Assembly: GCA_041577335.1 (NCBI GenBank)
Contig: JBFGJH010000010.1
Location: forward strand, 50,247 to 70,246
DNA from: Acidimicrobiia bacterium
Lineage (GTDB): Bacteria; Actinomycetota; Acidimicrobiia; Spongiisociales; JAENVV01
Length of the DNA stretch: 20,000 nucleotides
Direction: 5' to 3'
In this document: piece after piece, positions 1-7,602 of the stretch
Layout of the letters: the number at the start of each line of letters is the position of its first letter
How positions within the stretch are numbered: position 1 is the stretch's first letter
Position numbers and translations under genes: made by a program
Notes under the pieces: model-generated
Database searches by the model: none
What the model saw: only the letters and a program-made list of their open reading frames with translations
What the model was told of the DNA's origin: nothing

Positions 1-151
1 GTTGGCGCGCCCGTTCGAGCAGCTTGGCCATGAGGAATCGGGCGCGCACCGGGCCCCGGGCATTCGCAACCGAGTCGAGCGAATCGAGCCATTCTCTTGT
101 CTCTTCCGGATCGTTGTCGGGTAGAGAGTGGACAAAGCCGTCGATGATCAT
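1..151 (-). CDS. aceE: Pyruvate dehydrogenase E1 component, homodimeric type (N-terminal 50 codons; gene runs off the left edge)
   Basis: Not in the ORF track. Manual translation from ATG at 151 (minus) gives MIIDGFVHSLPDNDPEETREWLDSLDSVANARGPVRARFLMAKLLERARQ, with the D.DP.ET.EW..SL..V....G..RA.FL...L N-terminal signature of AceE. Confidence 0.9.
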   Translation of the reverse strand, partial: MIIDGFVHSLPDNDPEETREWLDSLDSVANARGPVRARFLMAKLLERARQ

Positions 152-217
152 GGAGCCTGAGCTTTCGGATGGCGTACGTAGAGAATAGACGCCGCACAGG
201 CAACCGTTCATGCCCGG

Positions 218-246
218 TTGCGCCGACCTGCCCGCCTTCATACAAT
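218..246 (+). promoter_or_regulatory. Housekeeping sigma-70-type promoter for the trpS leader
   Basis: TTGCGC (218-223), a 17-nt spacer, then TACAAT (241-246). The predicted start (~253-255) coincides with the leader-peptide ATG at 255. Confidence 0.65.
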
Positions 247-254
247 CCCGCCGG

Positions 255-290
255 ATGATCTGCACAACAAGCAACTGGTGGTACGGCTAA
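255..290 (+). CDS. Trp-containing attenuator leader peptide MICTTSNWWYG (11 aa)
   Basis: ATG ATC TGC ACA ACA AGC AAC TGG TGG TAC GGC TAA. Tandem Trp codons lie directly upstream of trpS and are followed by a terminator hairpin. Confidence 0.8.
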   Translation: MICTTSNWWYG

Positions 291-317
291 AGGTCCGGTA
301 CCCGCGCGTTGTGATGC

Positions 318-349
318 AGGCCGGCTCAAACCGAGTCGGCTTTCTTGTT
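318..349 (+). terminator. Intrinsic terminator of the trpS attenuator
   Basis: AGGCCGGCTC (318-327) pairs with GAGTCGGCTT (333-342), including two G-U pairs, around loop AAACC. A U-rich tail TTTCTTGTT (341-349) follows, just before the trpS SD GAGGAG (350-355). Confidence 0.75.
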
Positions 350-360
350 GAGGAGCTGCA

Positions 361-1344
361 ATGACCGAGCGAAAACGTGTGTTCTCCGGAATCCAGAACA
401 CCGGCGAGATTCACATTGGCAACTACCTCGGCGCGCTCCGCAACTGGGTGAAGCTCCAGGACACCTACGACGCCGTCTACTGCGTGGTTGACCTCCACTC
501 GATCACGATCCCGTTCGAGCCCGAGGCGCTCCAACAATCGCGCCTGGAAACAGCCAAAGCCCTGTTGGCCGCCGGCATCGATCCCGACCGTTCCCTGTTG
601 TATTACCAATCTCAGGTGCCCCAACATCCCGAGCTCGCCTGGATCATCGGCGTTGACACCCCGATGGGCGCCCTGAATCGGATGACCCAATTCAAGGAGA
701 AATCGGACCGAGCCGGGCAGCGATACGGCCTCTTCGCGTATCCGGTCCTCATGGCAGCTGACATCCTTCTCCACAAGGTCCATGCCGTTCCGGTCGGCGA
801 TGACCAAACCCAACACCTCGAGTTCACCCGCGATGTCGCCGTGCGATTCAACGGAAGGTACGGAGACACGTTTCCGGTTCCAGAGCAGATCACCCCCGAG
901 GTGGGCGCTCGAATCATGTCGCTCCAAGATCCGGTGAACAAGATGTCGAAATCCGACCCGGATGCTTCGAGTCGCATTCTGGTTTTCGACGACCCCGACA
1001 CGATTGTCAAGAAGTGCCGGCGAGCGGTGACCGACTCGGGCGCTGAGATCTACTACGACACGGCCGAGAAGCCAGGTATATCGAACTTGCTCGAGATTCT
1101 CGCCATTTTCACGGAGCGTTCCATCGACGACTTGGTAAACGAGTACGGGTCGGTGCAATACGGCGTGTTCAAGCAGGTGGTGGCGGATGCCATCGTCGAC
1201 GGCCTTGCTCCGATCCGATCGGCGTATCTGGCACTGGATGATGGAGAAGTGAAGAGAATCATGGCGAAGGGCATGCTGGATGCCCGGATGCGGGCGGAAG
1301 AGACCATGGTCGAAGTGCGCAGGCGCATCGGCCTGGCCGGTTAG
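361..1344 (+). CDS. trpS: Tryptophan--tRNA ligase
   Basis: 327 aa with class I motifs HIGN and KMSKS, plus YPVLMAADIL and VPVGDDQ.QH.E..RD.A.RFN. SD GAGGAG at 350-355. Confidence 0.97.
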   Translation: MTERKRVFSGIQNTGEIHIGNYLGALRNWVKLQDTYDAVYCVVDLHSITIPFEPEALQQSRLETAKALLAAGIDPDRSLLYYQSQVPQHPELAWIIGVDTPMGALNRMTQFKEKSDRAGQRYGLFAYPVLMAADILLHKVHAVPVGDDQTQHLEFTRDVAVRFNGRYGDTFPVPEQITPEVGARIMSLQDPVNKMSKSDPDASSRILVFDDPDTIVKKCRRAVTDSGAEIYYDTAEKPGISNLLEILAIFTERSIDDLVNEYGSVQYGVFKQVVADAIVDGLAPIRSAYLALDDGEVKRIMAKGMLDARMRAEETMVEVRRRIGLAG

Positions 1345-1435
1345 GGGCGTAGATGGCGAGGAGCCACGGTCCTGTCGGGGCTCGTAGTGGAGGCCGACAC
1401 CGCTCGATAGCCGCTGCTCGAGTGGATGCGCACCG

Positions 1436-2227
1436 ATGATGGGAGCCCCTGAGCCTCTGCGCGAACCGCCGCCCCTGCCGGGTGCCGACCAACCGATGGT
1501 GTGGCGCCTCTGGCACTTCGCCGTGGCGTTTCTGGGCGGGTTGCTCACCGCCAACGTGGCGTTTGGGTTGCTTGCAACCACGACGGCAGACGGTTTGATC
1601 GACCTCGATTCGGTGACTGCCAACCAGCTGTTTGGGATCGTGATTCCAGCTCAGCATGCCGGGACCCTCGCCGTCGTTGCGATGATCGTATTGGCCAAGC
1701 GGGAGTCCTTTGCGTCCGCTCTTGGCTTCGATCTCGACATCAGGCACATTTGGTGGGTAGGGGTCGGGGCAGGTGTCGCGATCGTGGTGAGTTTGCTGAC
1801 GATCCCACTCGCTTCTTGGCTCGATGTCCAGGACAACCCGCAGCGTGTGGTCGAACAATTTGGTGACGTTGCATCCGGCCTGCCGCTACTGGCTGCCGTG
1901 CTGAGCCTCGTGGTTCTCACGCCGATCACCGAGGAGATCCTCTATCGCGGCGTCCTCCAACGAGCAGTCGGCCGTTGGCTGGCAGCCGTTCCCATGGTTG
2001 CGGTGACGAGCATCATTTGGGGCCTCGCCCATCTCCTGGATCCAGCGGATACCGACACGGTGTGGTGGTCGCAAGCCTTGATCACATTTGTTCCCATAAC
2101 CATCTTCGGCGTGATCGCCGCAACGGCCACCGTCCTGGCGAAGGGTCGGCTCGGAAGAGCGGTGTTTCTCCACGGCGGTTGGAACCTCCTCGGCGTGATC
2201 GCCCTGATCGGGGCCCAAATGGCATAG
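1436..2227 (+). CDS. CPBP-family (CAAX protease/Abi, Rce1-like) intramembrane glutamic endopeptidase
   Basis: Multiple hydrophobic helices with motifs EEILYRG (EExxxR), WGLAH (FxxxH-like) and HGGWN (HxxxN). Start is 1436 or 1439. Confidence 0.88.
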   Translation: MMGAPEPLREPPPLPGADQPMVWRLWHFAVAFLGGLLTANVAFGLLATTTADGLIDLDSVTANQLFGIVIPAQHAGTLAVVAMIVLAKRESFASALGFDLDIRHIWWVGVGAGVAIVVSLLTIPLASWLDVQDNPQRVVEQFGDVASGLPLLAAVLSLVVLTPITEEILYRGVLQRAVGRWLAAVPMVAVTSIIWGLAHLLDPADTDTVWWSQALITFVPITIFGVIAATATVLAKGRLGRAVFLHGGWNLLGVIALIGAQMA

Positions 2228-2260
2228 CCGACCCGAGCAGGCTCGGGTCGGATTTCTGTT
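2228..2260 (+). terminator. Perfect 11-bp hairpin after the CPBP stop; possible terminator and first hairpin of the structured element
   Basis: CCGACCCGAGC-AG-GCTCGGGTCGG (2228-2251) followed by ATTTCTGTT. Confidence 0.55.
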
Positions 2261-2503
2261 CGAGCGGCTCTCCAGCCGCACTCTTCTTGGTCGGTGCCGG
2301 GCGCAGGTCCCGGCACCTCCATGTAAGGGGACGGCGGAGCCTTTTCCCCTTACCAACCCCCTACGGCGGTGTTCAGGCGAGCGCGCTCGGATGGGGAGTT
2401 TGAGGGACGGCTCCGCCGGCCCCTCAATGTGGGAGGTACGGCGACCTGCGCGCCGTACCGACAGGGTGAGTGCCGCCGCAGGGCGGCTCCTCCAGGCGCT
2501 CGG

Positions 2504-2551
2504 TCGAATCCTGATTCGACCGAAACCGAATCCGATCGAATCCTGATTCGA
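2504..2551. repeat. 16-nt direct repeat TCGAATCCTGATTCGA x2 (period 32), each the core of a perfect 11-bp hairpin
   Basis: Copies at 2504-2519 and 2536-2551, within TCGGTCGAATC-CT-GATTCGACCGA and CCGATCGAATC-CT-GATTCGATCGG. Confidence 0.85.
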
Positions 2552-2570
2552 TCGGCTGCGGCAGCATGTC

Positions 2571-2579
2571 TGGTACCCT
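2571..2579 (+). promoter_or_regulatory. Possible extended -10 promoter for guaB3-guaA
   Basis: TG-G-TACCCT matches TGnTAnnnT, upstream of the SD GGAGG (2596-2600). Confidence 0.35.
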
Positions 2580-2610
2580 CGCGGCCCTCAGGAGCGGAGG
2601 AAGACTCAGG

Positions 2611-3768
2611 GTGGAAATCGATATCGGTATTGGTAAATCGGCTCGTCGAGCGTTTGGCTTTGACGACATTGCGATCGTTCCCAGCAGACGGACACGCGAC
2701 CCAGATGACGTGGACATCAGCTGGCAGCTGGACGGTTTTCGATTCGAGTTGCCAATGCTCGGTTCGGCCATGGACTCGGCTATCTCTCCGAGCACGGCGA
2801 TCGAGATCAGCCGGCTTGGCGGGCTGGGCGTCCTCAACCTCGAGGGCCTCTGGTCCCGCTATGAGGATCCCGATCAGTTCCTCATCGAGATCGCCGAGCT
2901 TTCCGCCGAAAAGGCGACGCGCCGGATGCAGGAGATCTACCTCGAGCCAATCGACCCGGACCTGATGACGCAACGGGTCCGTGAGATGAAGAAGGCCGGC
3001 ATCGTCGCAGCTGGGAGCCTTACACCTCAGCACGTCGAGCGCTTTGGGTCGTCCGTTCGCGACGCGGGCCTCGACATCCTGGTGATCCAGGGAACGGTCG
3101 TATCCGCCGAACACGTATCGACCAGGACGGAGCCACTCGACCTCCGAGACTTCATCGGTGGGTTCGAGTTGCCCGTGATCGTTGGCGGCTGCGCCTCGTA
3201 TTCCACGGCTCTGCATCTCATGCGCACGGGAGCCGTCGGTGTTCTCGTCGGTGTCGGCCCCGGCGCGGCCTGCACCACTCGAGGTGTCCTCGGCGTGGGG
3301 GTCCCGCAAGCGACGGCGATTGCCGATGCTGCGGGAGCGCGAATCAGGCACCTCGACGAGACTGGGCGGTACGTCCACGTAATCGCCGACGGCGGAATGC
3401 GAACCGGCGGCGATGTCTCGAAAGCAATTGCGTGTGGTGCCGATGCCGTGATGATCGGGTCGCCGTTGGCCTCCGCCACGGAGGCTCCCGGCCGGGGCTC
3501 ACACTGGGGCATGGCGACGTTTCATCCAACGCTCCCCCGAGGAGCGCGGGTTCAGACAGGTGATCTGGGAACACTCCAAGAGATCCTCGTTGGCCCCGCC
3601 CACGAGAACGATGGCCGCCGAAACCTGTTTGGCGGTCTCCGAGCGTCAATGGCCACGACGGGATACGCAGACCTGAAGGAATTTCAAAAGGCCGAGGTCA
3701 TGATCGCCCCGTCGCTGCAGACGGAAGGCAAGTCGCTCCAGCGCAGCCAGCGCGTCGGTATGGGATGA
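2611..3768 (+). CDS. guaB3: GuaB3-family IMP dehydrogenase (no CBS domains), catalytic Cys retained
   Basis: GTG start at 2611 after GGAGG, giving 385 aa. Has the GuaB3 N-terminal signature ([15 protein letters not shown]), active loop [23 protein letters not shown] and WGMA. No CBS insertion. Confidence 0.92.
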   Translation: MEIDIGIGKSARRAFGFDDIAIVPSRRTRDPDDVDISWQLDGFRFELPMLGSAMDSAISPSTAIEISRLGGLGVLNLEGLWSRYEDPDQFLIEIAELSAEKATRRMQEIYLEPIDPDLMTQRVREMKKAGIVAAGSLTPQHVERFGSSVRDAGLDILVIQGTVVSAEHVSTRTEPLDLRDFIGGFELPVIVGGCASYSTALHLMRTGAVGVLVGVGPGAACTTRGVLGVGVPQATAIADAAGARIRHLDETGRYVHVIADGGMRTGGDVSKAIACGADAVMIGSPLASATEAPGRGSHWGMATFHPTLPRGARVQTGDLGTLQEILVGPAHENDGRRNLFGGLRASMATTGYADLKEFQKAEVMIAPSLQTEGKSLQRSQRVGMG

Positions 3769-5309
3769 GTGTCCCGGGCGACTTTGATCGAATTCTCGTC
3801 GTCGACTTTGGCGCCCAATACGCGCAACTGATCGCCCGACGGGTACGAGAAGCTCATGTGTTCTCCGAGATCGTCCCGCGCGACATCTCGGCTTCGGAGG
3901 TCGCCGAAAGGCGGCCGGTGGGCATCATTCTGTCCGGGGGGCCGGCGTCGGTTTATGCAGACGACGCATACGGGATCGACTCAGGGATCCTCGACCTCGG
4001 GATTCCCGTTCTGGGTATTTGTTATGGTCACCAGCTCCTTGCCCAGGCTGCGGGCGGCGTGGTCGAGCACTCCGAGGTCGCGGAATTCGGCAAGACGGCG
4101 TTCGAGGTCACGGGTACCTCCGTGTTGTTGAACGATCTTCCCTCGAGCCAGGACGTCTGGATGAGCCACCGCGATGCGGTCATCGAGCCGCCGCCCGGGT
4201 TCGTTGCTGTTGGGTCGACGGAGGGAGCTCCGGTGGCGGCGATGGAGAATCAAGATCGTCGGCTCTTCGGCGTGCAGTTCCACCCAGAAGTCGCCCATAC
4301 TCCGCACGGTTTCACCGTGCTGAAACACTTCCTGTATCACGCATGCGATGCCCGCCCCACGTGGACGCACCATTCGATCATCGAGACAGCCATCGAATCC
4401 GTGAAGGCTCAGGTAGGTGACGGGCACGTCGTATGCGGCCTGTCGGGGGGCGTCGACTCGTCGGTCGCCGCAGCGCTCATGCACAACGCCATCGGTGACC
4501 AGCTCAACTGCATATTCGTCGATCACGGTCTGCTGCGGGAAGGAGAGGGGATCCAGGTTGAGGAGACTTTCAGAAGACATTTCGCCACCAACCTCATTCA
4601 TGTGAAGGCCGAAGATCGGTTTCTCGAAAAGCTGGCAGGGGTTTCCGACCCTGAAGAGAAGCGGAACATCATCGGGGAGACCTTCATCAGGATCTTCGAG
4701 GAAGTTGCCGCGGAGCTTCCCGACGTCAAGTACCTCGTCCAGGGCACCTTGTACCCCGATGTCATCGAATCCGGCACGAAAGATGCTGCCAAGATCAAGT
4801 CGCATCACAACGTTGGCGGGCTACCAGACGACATGGAGTTCGAGCTCGTCGAACCCCTCAGAGACCTCTTCAAGGATGAGGTGCGAGCGATCGGCGAGGA
4901 ACTCGGGCTTCCCGAGGAGATCGTCTGGCGACAGCCTTTCCCCGGCCCTGGCCTGGCCGTTCGCATCATCGGGGACGTCACCAAGGAGCGCCTGGATATT
5001 CTTCGATCGGCCGACACCATCGTGCTCGACGAGATCCGGCGAGCCGGCCTCTACGGTGAGTTGTGGCAGTCATTCGGGGTCCTCCCAGCGGTCAAAACCG
5101 TTGGAGTGCAGGGAGACGGGCGCACATACGCCTATCCCCTCATCATCAGGGCCGTCACCAGCGAGGATGCGATGACCGCCGACTGGGCCCGCCTCCCGTA
5201 CGAGGTGCTCGAAAGGATCTCTTCCAGGGTGATCAACGAGGTACCGGGGATCAACCGCGTTGCCTACGACATCTCGTCGAAGCCGCCGGCCACCATCGAG
5301 TGGGAGTAG
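3765..5309 (+). CDS. guaA: GMP synthase (glutamine-hydrolysing)
   Basis: GATase motifs DFGAQY, GICYGHQ and QFHPE; ATP-PPase motifs SGGVDS and KSHHNVGG; C-terminal [13 protein letters not shown] overlap with guaB3. Confidence 0.98.
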   Translation: MSVPGDFDRILVVDFGAQYAQLIARRVREAHVFSEIVPRDISASEVAERRPVGIILSGGPASVYADDAYGIDSGILDLGIPVLGICYGHQLLAQAAGGVVEHSEVAEFGKTAFEVTGTSVLLNDLPSSQDVWMSHRDAVIEPPPGFVAVGSTEGAPVAAMENQDRRLFGVQFHPEVAHTPHGFTVLKHFLYHACDARPTWTHHSIIETAIESVKAQVGDGHVVCGLSGGVDSSVAAALMHNAIGDQLNCIFVDHGLLREGEGIQVEETFRRHFATNLIHVKAEDRFLEKLAGVSDPEEKRNIIGETFIRIFEEVAAELPDVKYLVQGTLYPDVIESGTKDAAKIKSHHNVGGLPDDMEFELVEPLRDLFKDEVRAIGEELGLPEEIVWRQPFPGPGLAVRIIGDVTKERLDILRSADTIVLDEIRRAGLYGELWQSFGVLPAVKTVGVQGDGRTYAYPLIIRAVTSEDAMTADWARLPYEVLERISSRVINEVPGINRVAYDISSKPPATIEWE

Positions 5310-5362
5310 TCGGCAGGCGGCCACATACAGGTTTTGGCGCTTTTCCGGCGAAAACGTCTTCC

Positions 5363-5390
5363 TCAAGGGCGGGCTGTTGCGGGTCGATAA
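5363..5390 (+). promoter_or_regulatory. Putative sigma-28 (FliA/SigD/WhiG-type) promoter
   Basis: TCAA(G) at 5363, a 16-nt spacer, then GTCGATAA at 5383-5390, compared with the consensus TAAA-N15/16-GCCGATAA. It lies 50 nt upstream of the CheA-like gene. Confidence 0.55.
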
Positions 5391-5439
5391 CCGAGGTGCA
5401 GGGCAGGGGCACGAAACAACTCGAACTGATCGGTGAGAT

Positions 5440-7602
5440 GTGGACCTCTCGGAAAGCGCCGAACTCCAAGCCATATTTCGTGACGAAGTAGTCGCCCGTG
5501 CGGCCGCGCTCGGGGATGGCGGCAGATGCATGCTCATCAAGCCTCTCCACCCGCCTGCGATAGCGGATCGCCGGAGAGACGCCCATACGATCAAGGGCAA
5601 CGCGTTGGTGATGGGATTCCCGCTCATGGCCGAAGCGGCCAAGCTCCTCGAACGGACTTTCCGTGACATCGAGGAGATCGGAAGGCCACAGACCGAGGCG
5701 CTCGGAGGCGCAATCGAGGCGGTCGCCGCCGCCCTTCCCGAAGCCATCGACATCGAGAAGAACGACACCCCCACCCAGCTCGTCGCAGCTGTCGAAGGTC
5801 TGCAACGAGTGCTCGATCGCCCGTCGAGCCCCCGGTCTTCGCCGCCGCCGCCACCTCCACCGCGAGTGACTCTCCCACGGCCGGAAGCGAAACCACAGGG
5901 GCCTCCTGTTCCCGTCCGTGTTGACCGCAAGGACGCCGACGTCGGCCAAAAGGACAGTGATTCGGCATTTGATGTAGTCGTATCAAACCAGAACCTCGGC
6001 GGCCTCGTTGCCGAGCTGGAGCTGGCACTCGATGGCGAGACCACCAGGGTTGACTCGGCTCGGCTCTATGCCCTCATCAACGAGGTCGTCGAACTGCGGC
6101 TTGACGCCCAGGCGATGGTGTCGGCTGCGGCTTCCATTGCGACCGAGGTGAACCACGCTTTGCCCACATCGGGGCTCAACTCGAAGACCCGCAATCTCGA
6201 GGCGGCAGCCGAGAGGTTCCACTCGGTGCTCCGCTCCCTGGAGGAGAAGGCCCTTGTCCTGCCCAGCGTTCCCTTTGGTGAAGTGACGTCGACATTCGAG
6301 CAGTTGGTCCGATTCCTTTCCCGGCGTCTGAATAAGGATGTTACGTTGCGAGTTGTTGGTGACGACCTGCTCGTCGATCGGCAACTCGTCGATCGCTTGC
6401 GAGAGCCGCTCCGGCATTTGGTCGTGAACGCGGTAGACCACGGGGTGGAGCCGGCCAAGGAGCGAATCGCAGCGGGCAAACCGCCGACGGGTTCCATCAT
6501 CGTTGAGGTCTCGAAAGTCGATCATCACATTCAGGTGTCGGTGAGCGACGACGGGCGGGGCATCGATTGGGATGCCGTGGTCGCCGCGGCCCGTGATTGT
6601 GGGATGGTCGACTCGGAAAGCCCCTCCCCGGCGTCGATGCAGGGTTTCCTGTTTGCACCCGGCTTCACCACCGTTCAACAGACCGATGACGTGAGCGGAG
6701 ATGGGTCAGGTCTTGCCATGGCTGCTGAGCTCGTCGAATCTCTGAATGGCGGCATCGCCGTAGGCTCCACGCCGGGCCAGGGTACGACGGTCCGATTGAC
6801 GCTCCCCTCATCTCTTGCGCTGCAGGGTGTGTTGATCGTCGAGGCGGGAGGGCATCAGTGGGGGATACCGCTCGCAGCAGTCGACACCACGGTGGTGGTT
6901 GTGGGGGAGTCGCAAGACGGTGTCCGCTACCGGGACAGCGACCTACCGGTTGTTCCTCTCGCTCACGTACTCGGATTAGCCGTTTCTGGAGTTCCGGAAG
7001 AGGTCGTCGTCCTCACCGCTCGAGGCGGCCTCCACGCCTTCAGCGTGGCGAGCGTGCTCGGTCCGCGACAAGTGGCCATCAAAGACCTCGGCCCCGTGTT
7101 GGGAGGCACCAACATCCTCGGCGGAGCCGCCGTACTCGGCGGGGGCCAGGCCATCGGCATCATTGATCCGTCGGCTCTGACCGCGCCGACCGCCTCGCAG
7201 AAGCCGGCAGACGGGCTGCCAAGGCTGCTCGTCGTCGACGATTCTCGAGGCGCCCGCCAGCTGGTCGCTGCGGCCCTCGGTTCCGCCGGCTTTGACGTCA
7301 TCGCCGCTGGGGACGCAGCCGAGGCGATCGTCGCCCTCGACAAGGAGGACTTCGATGCCGTCGTGTGCGATTTCAGCATGCCGGGCCACACGGGTGTTGA
7401 GCTCGTCGGGCTGCTCCGGCAACGCTTGCCATTGCTGCCGGTGGTGATGGTGTCAGCCGTCGCCACCCCCGAAGATCAGTCTGCGGCCTACGCCGCCGGC
7501 GTCAACGCATATCTCGACAAGTCTGATTTCCGCGAGGGCGTCCTGGCTTCCACGCTCCGATCGCTTCTTGGCCGCCCTGATGAGCAGAGGACCGGAACAT
7601 GA
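5440..7602 (+). CDS. cheA: CheA-like hybrid histidine kinase (HPt - Pro-rich linker - dimerisation - HATPase - CheW-like - REC); WspE/FrzE/ChpA architecture
   Basis: HPt RDAHTIKG (His49); N-box LREPLRHLVVNAVDHGVE; G1 DDGRGID; F-box GFTT; G2 SGDGSGL; LTLPSSLA leading into the CheW-like domain; C-terminal REC (VVDDS, CDFSMP, VMVSA, YLDK). Confidence 0.9.
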   Translation: MDLSESAELQAIFRDEVVARAAALGDGGRCMLIKPLHPPAIADRRRDAHTIKGNALVMGFPLMAEAAKLLERTFRDIEEIGRPQTEALGGAIEAVAAALPEAIDIEKNDTPTQLVAAVEGLQRVLDRPSSPRSSPPPPPPPRVTLPRPEAKPQGPPVPVRVDRKDADVGQKDSDSAFDVVVSNQNLGGLVAELELALDGETTRVDSARLYALINEVVELRLDAQAMVSAAASIATEVNHALPTSGLNSKTRNLEAAAERFHSVLRSLEEKALVLPSVPFGEVTSTFEQLVRFLSRRLNKDVTLRVVGDDLLVDRQLVDRLREPLRHLVVNAVDHGVEPAKERIAAGKPPTGSIIVEVSKVDHHIQVSVSDDGRGIDWDAVVAAARDCGMVDSESPSPASMQGFLFAPGFTTVQQTDDVSGDGSGLAMAAELVESLNGGIAVGSTPGQGTTVRLTLPSSLALQGVLIVEAGGHQWGIPLAAVDTTVVVVGESQDGVRYRDSDLPVVPLAHVLGLAVSGVPEEVVVLTARGGLHAFSVASVLGPRQVAIKDLGPVLGGTNILGGAAVLGGGQAIGIIDPSALTAPTASQKPADGLPRLLVVDDSRGARQLVAAALGSAGFDVIAAGDAAEAIVALDKEDFDAVVCDFSMPGHTGVELVGLLRQRLPLLPVVMVSAVATPEDQSAAYAAGVNAYLDKSDFREGVLASTLRSLLGRPDEQRTGT

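Larger units (their letters stand above)
2226..2557 (+). ncRNA. Candidate structured ncRNA or hairpin-array repeat: two inverted, diverged arms with covarying stems and complementary loops
   Basis: Left-arm hairpins at 2228-2251, 2264-2279, 2293-2317 and 2323-2353. Right-arm hairpins at 2400-2427, 2435-2459, 2472-2487, 2500-2523 and 2532-2555. The reverse complement of the right arm aligns with the left arm. The structure is read directly from the sequence; the RNA identity and strand are inferred from G-U pairs. Confidence 0.55.

Noticed and set aside
1345..1435. Small ORF or terminator between trpS and the CPBP gene
   Set aside because: The short ORF from ATG 1353 has no SD or recognisable features, and only weak, interrupted pairing is present.
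238..1623. 461-aa minus-strand ORF, and other long antisense ORFs (2350-3378, 10224-11408, 13061-14875, 17492-18691, 18649-19677)
   Set aside because: They are antisense shadows of well-conserved plus-strand genes in GC-rich DNA, with no recognisable motifs.
2504..2551. CRISPR array from the 16-nt direct repeats
   Set aside because: Only two copies, 16-nt repeat and spacer are too short, and there are no cas genes.
2262..2557. Purine, ZTP or c-di-GMP riboswitch, or T-box, upstream of guaB3
   Set aside because: I could not find the conserved cores of these families. A candidate promoter (2571-2579) lies downstream of the element, so it may not be in the guaB3 leader. An Rfam search is still needed.
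2566..2610. ATG 2566 as the guaB3 start
   Set aside because: Family similarity begins at GTG 2611, which has the SD GGAGG upstream.
2369..2965. ORFs crossing the structured intergenic element (2369-2965 +, 1975-2403 +, 2424-2837 -)
   Set aside because: Arg/Ser/Pro-rich translations that overlap real genes out of frame. The hairpin covariation is better explained at nucleic-acid level.
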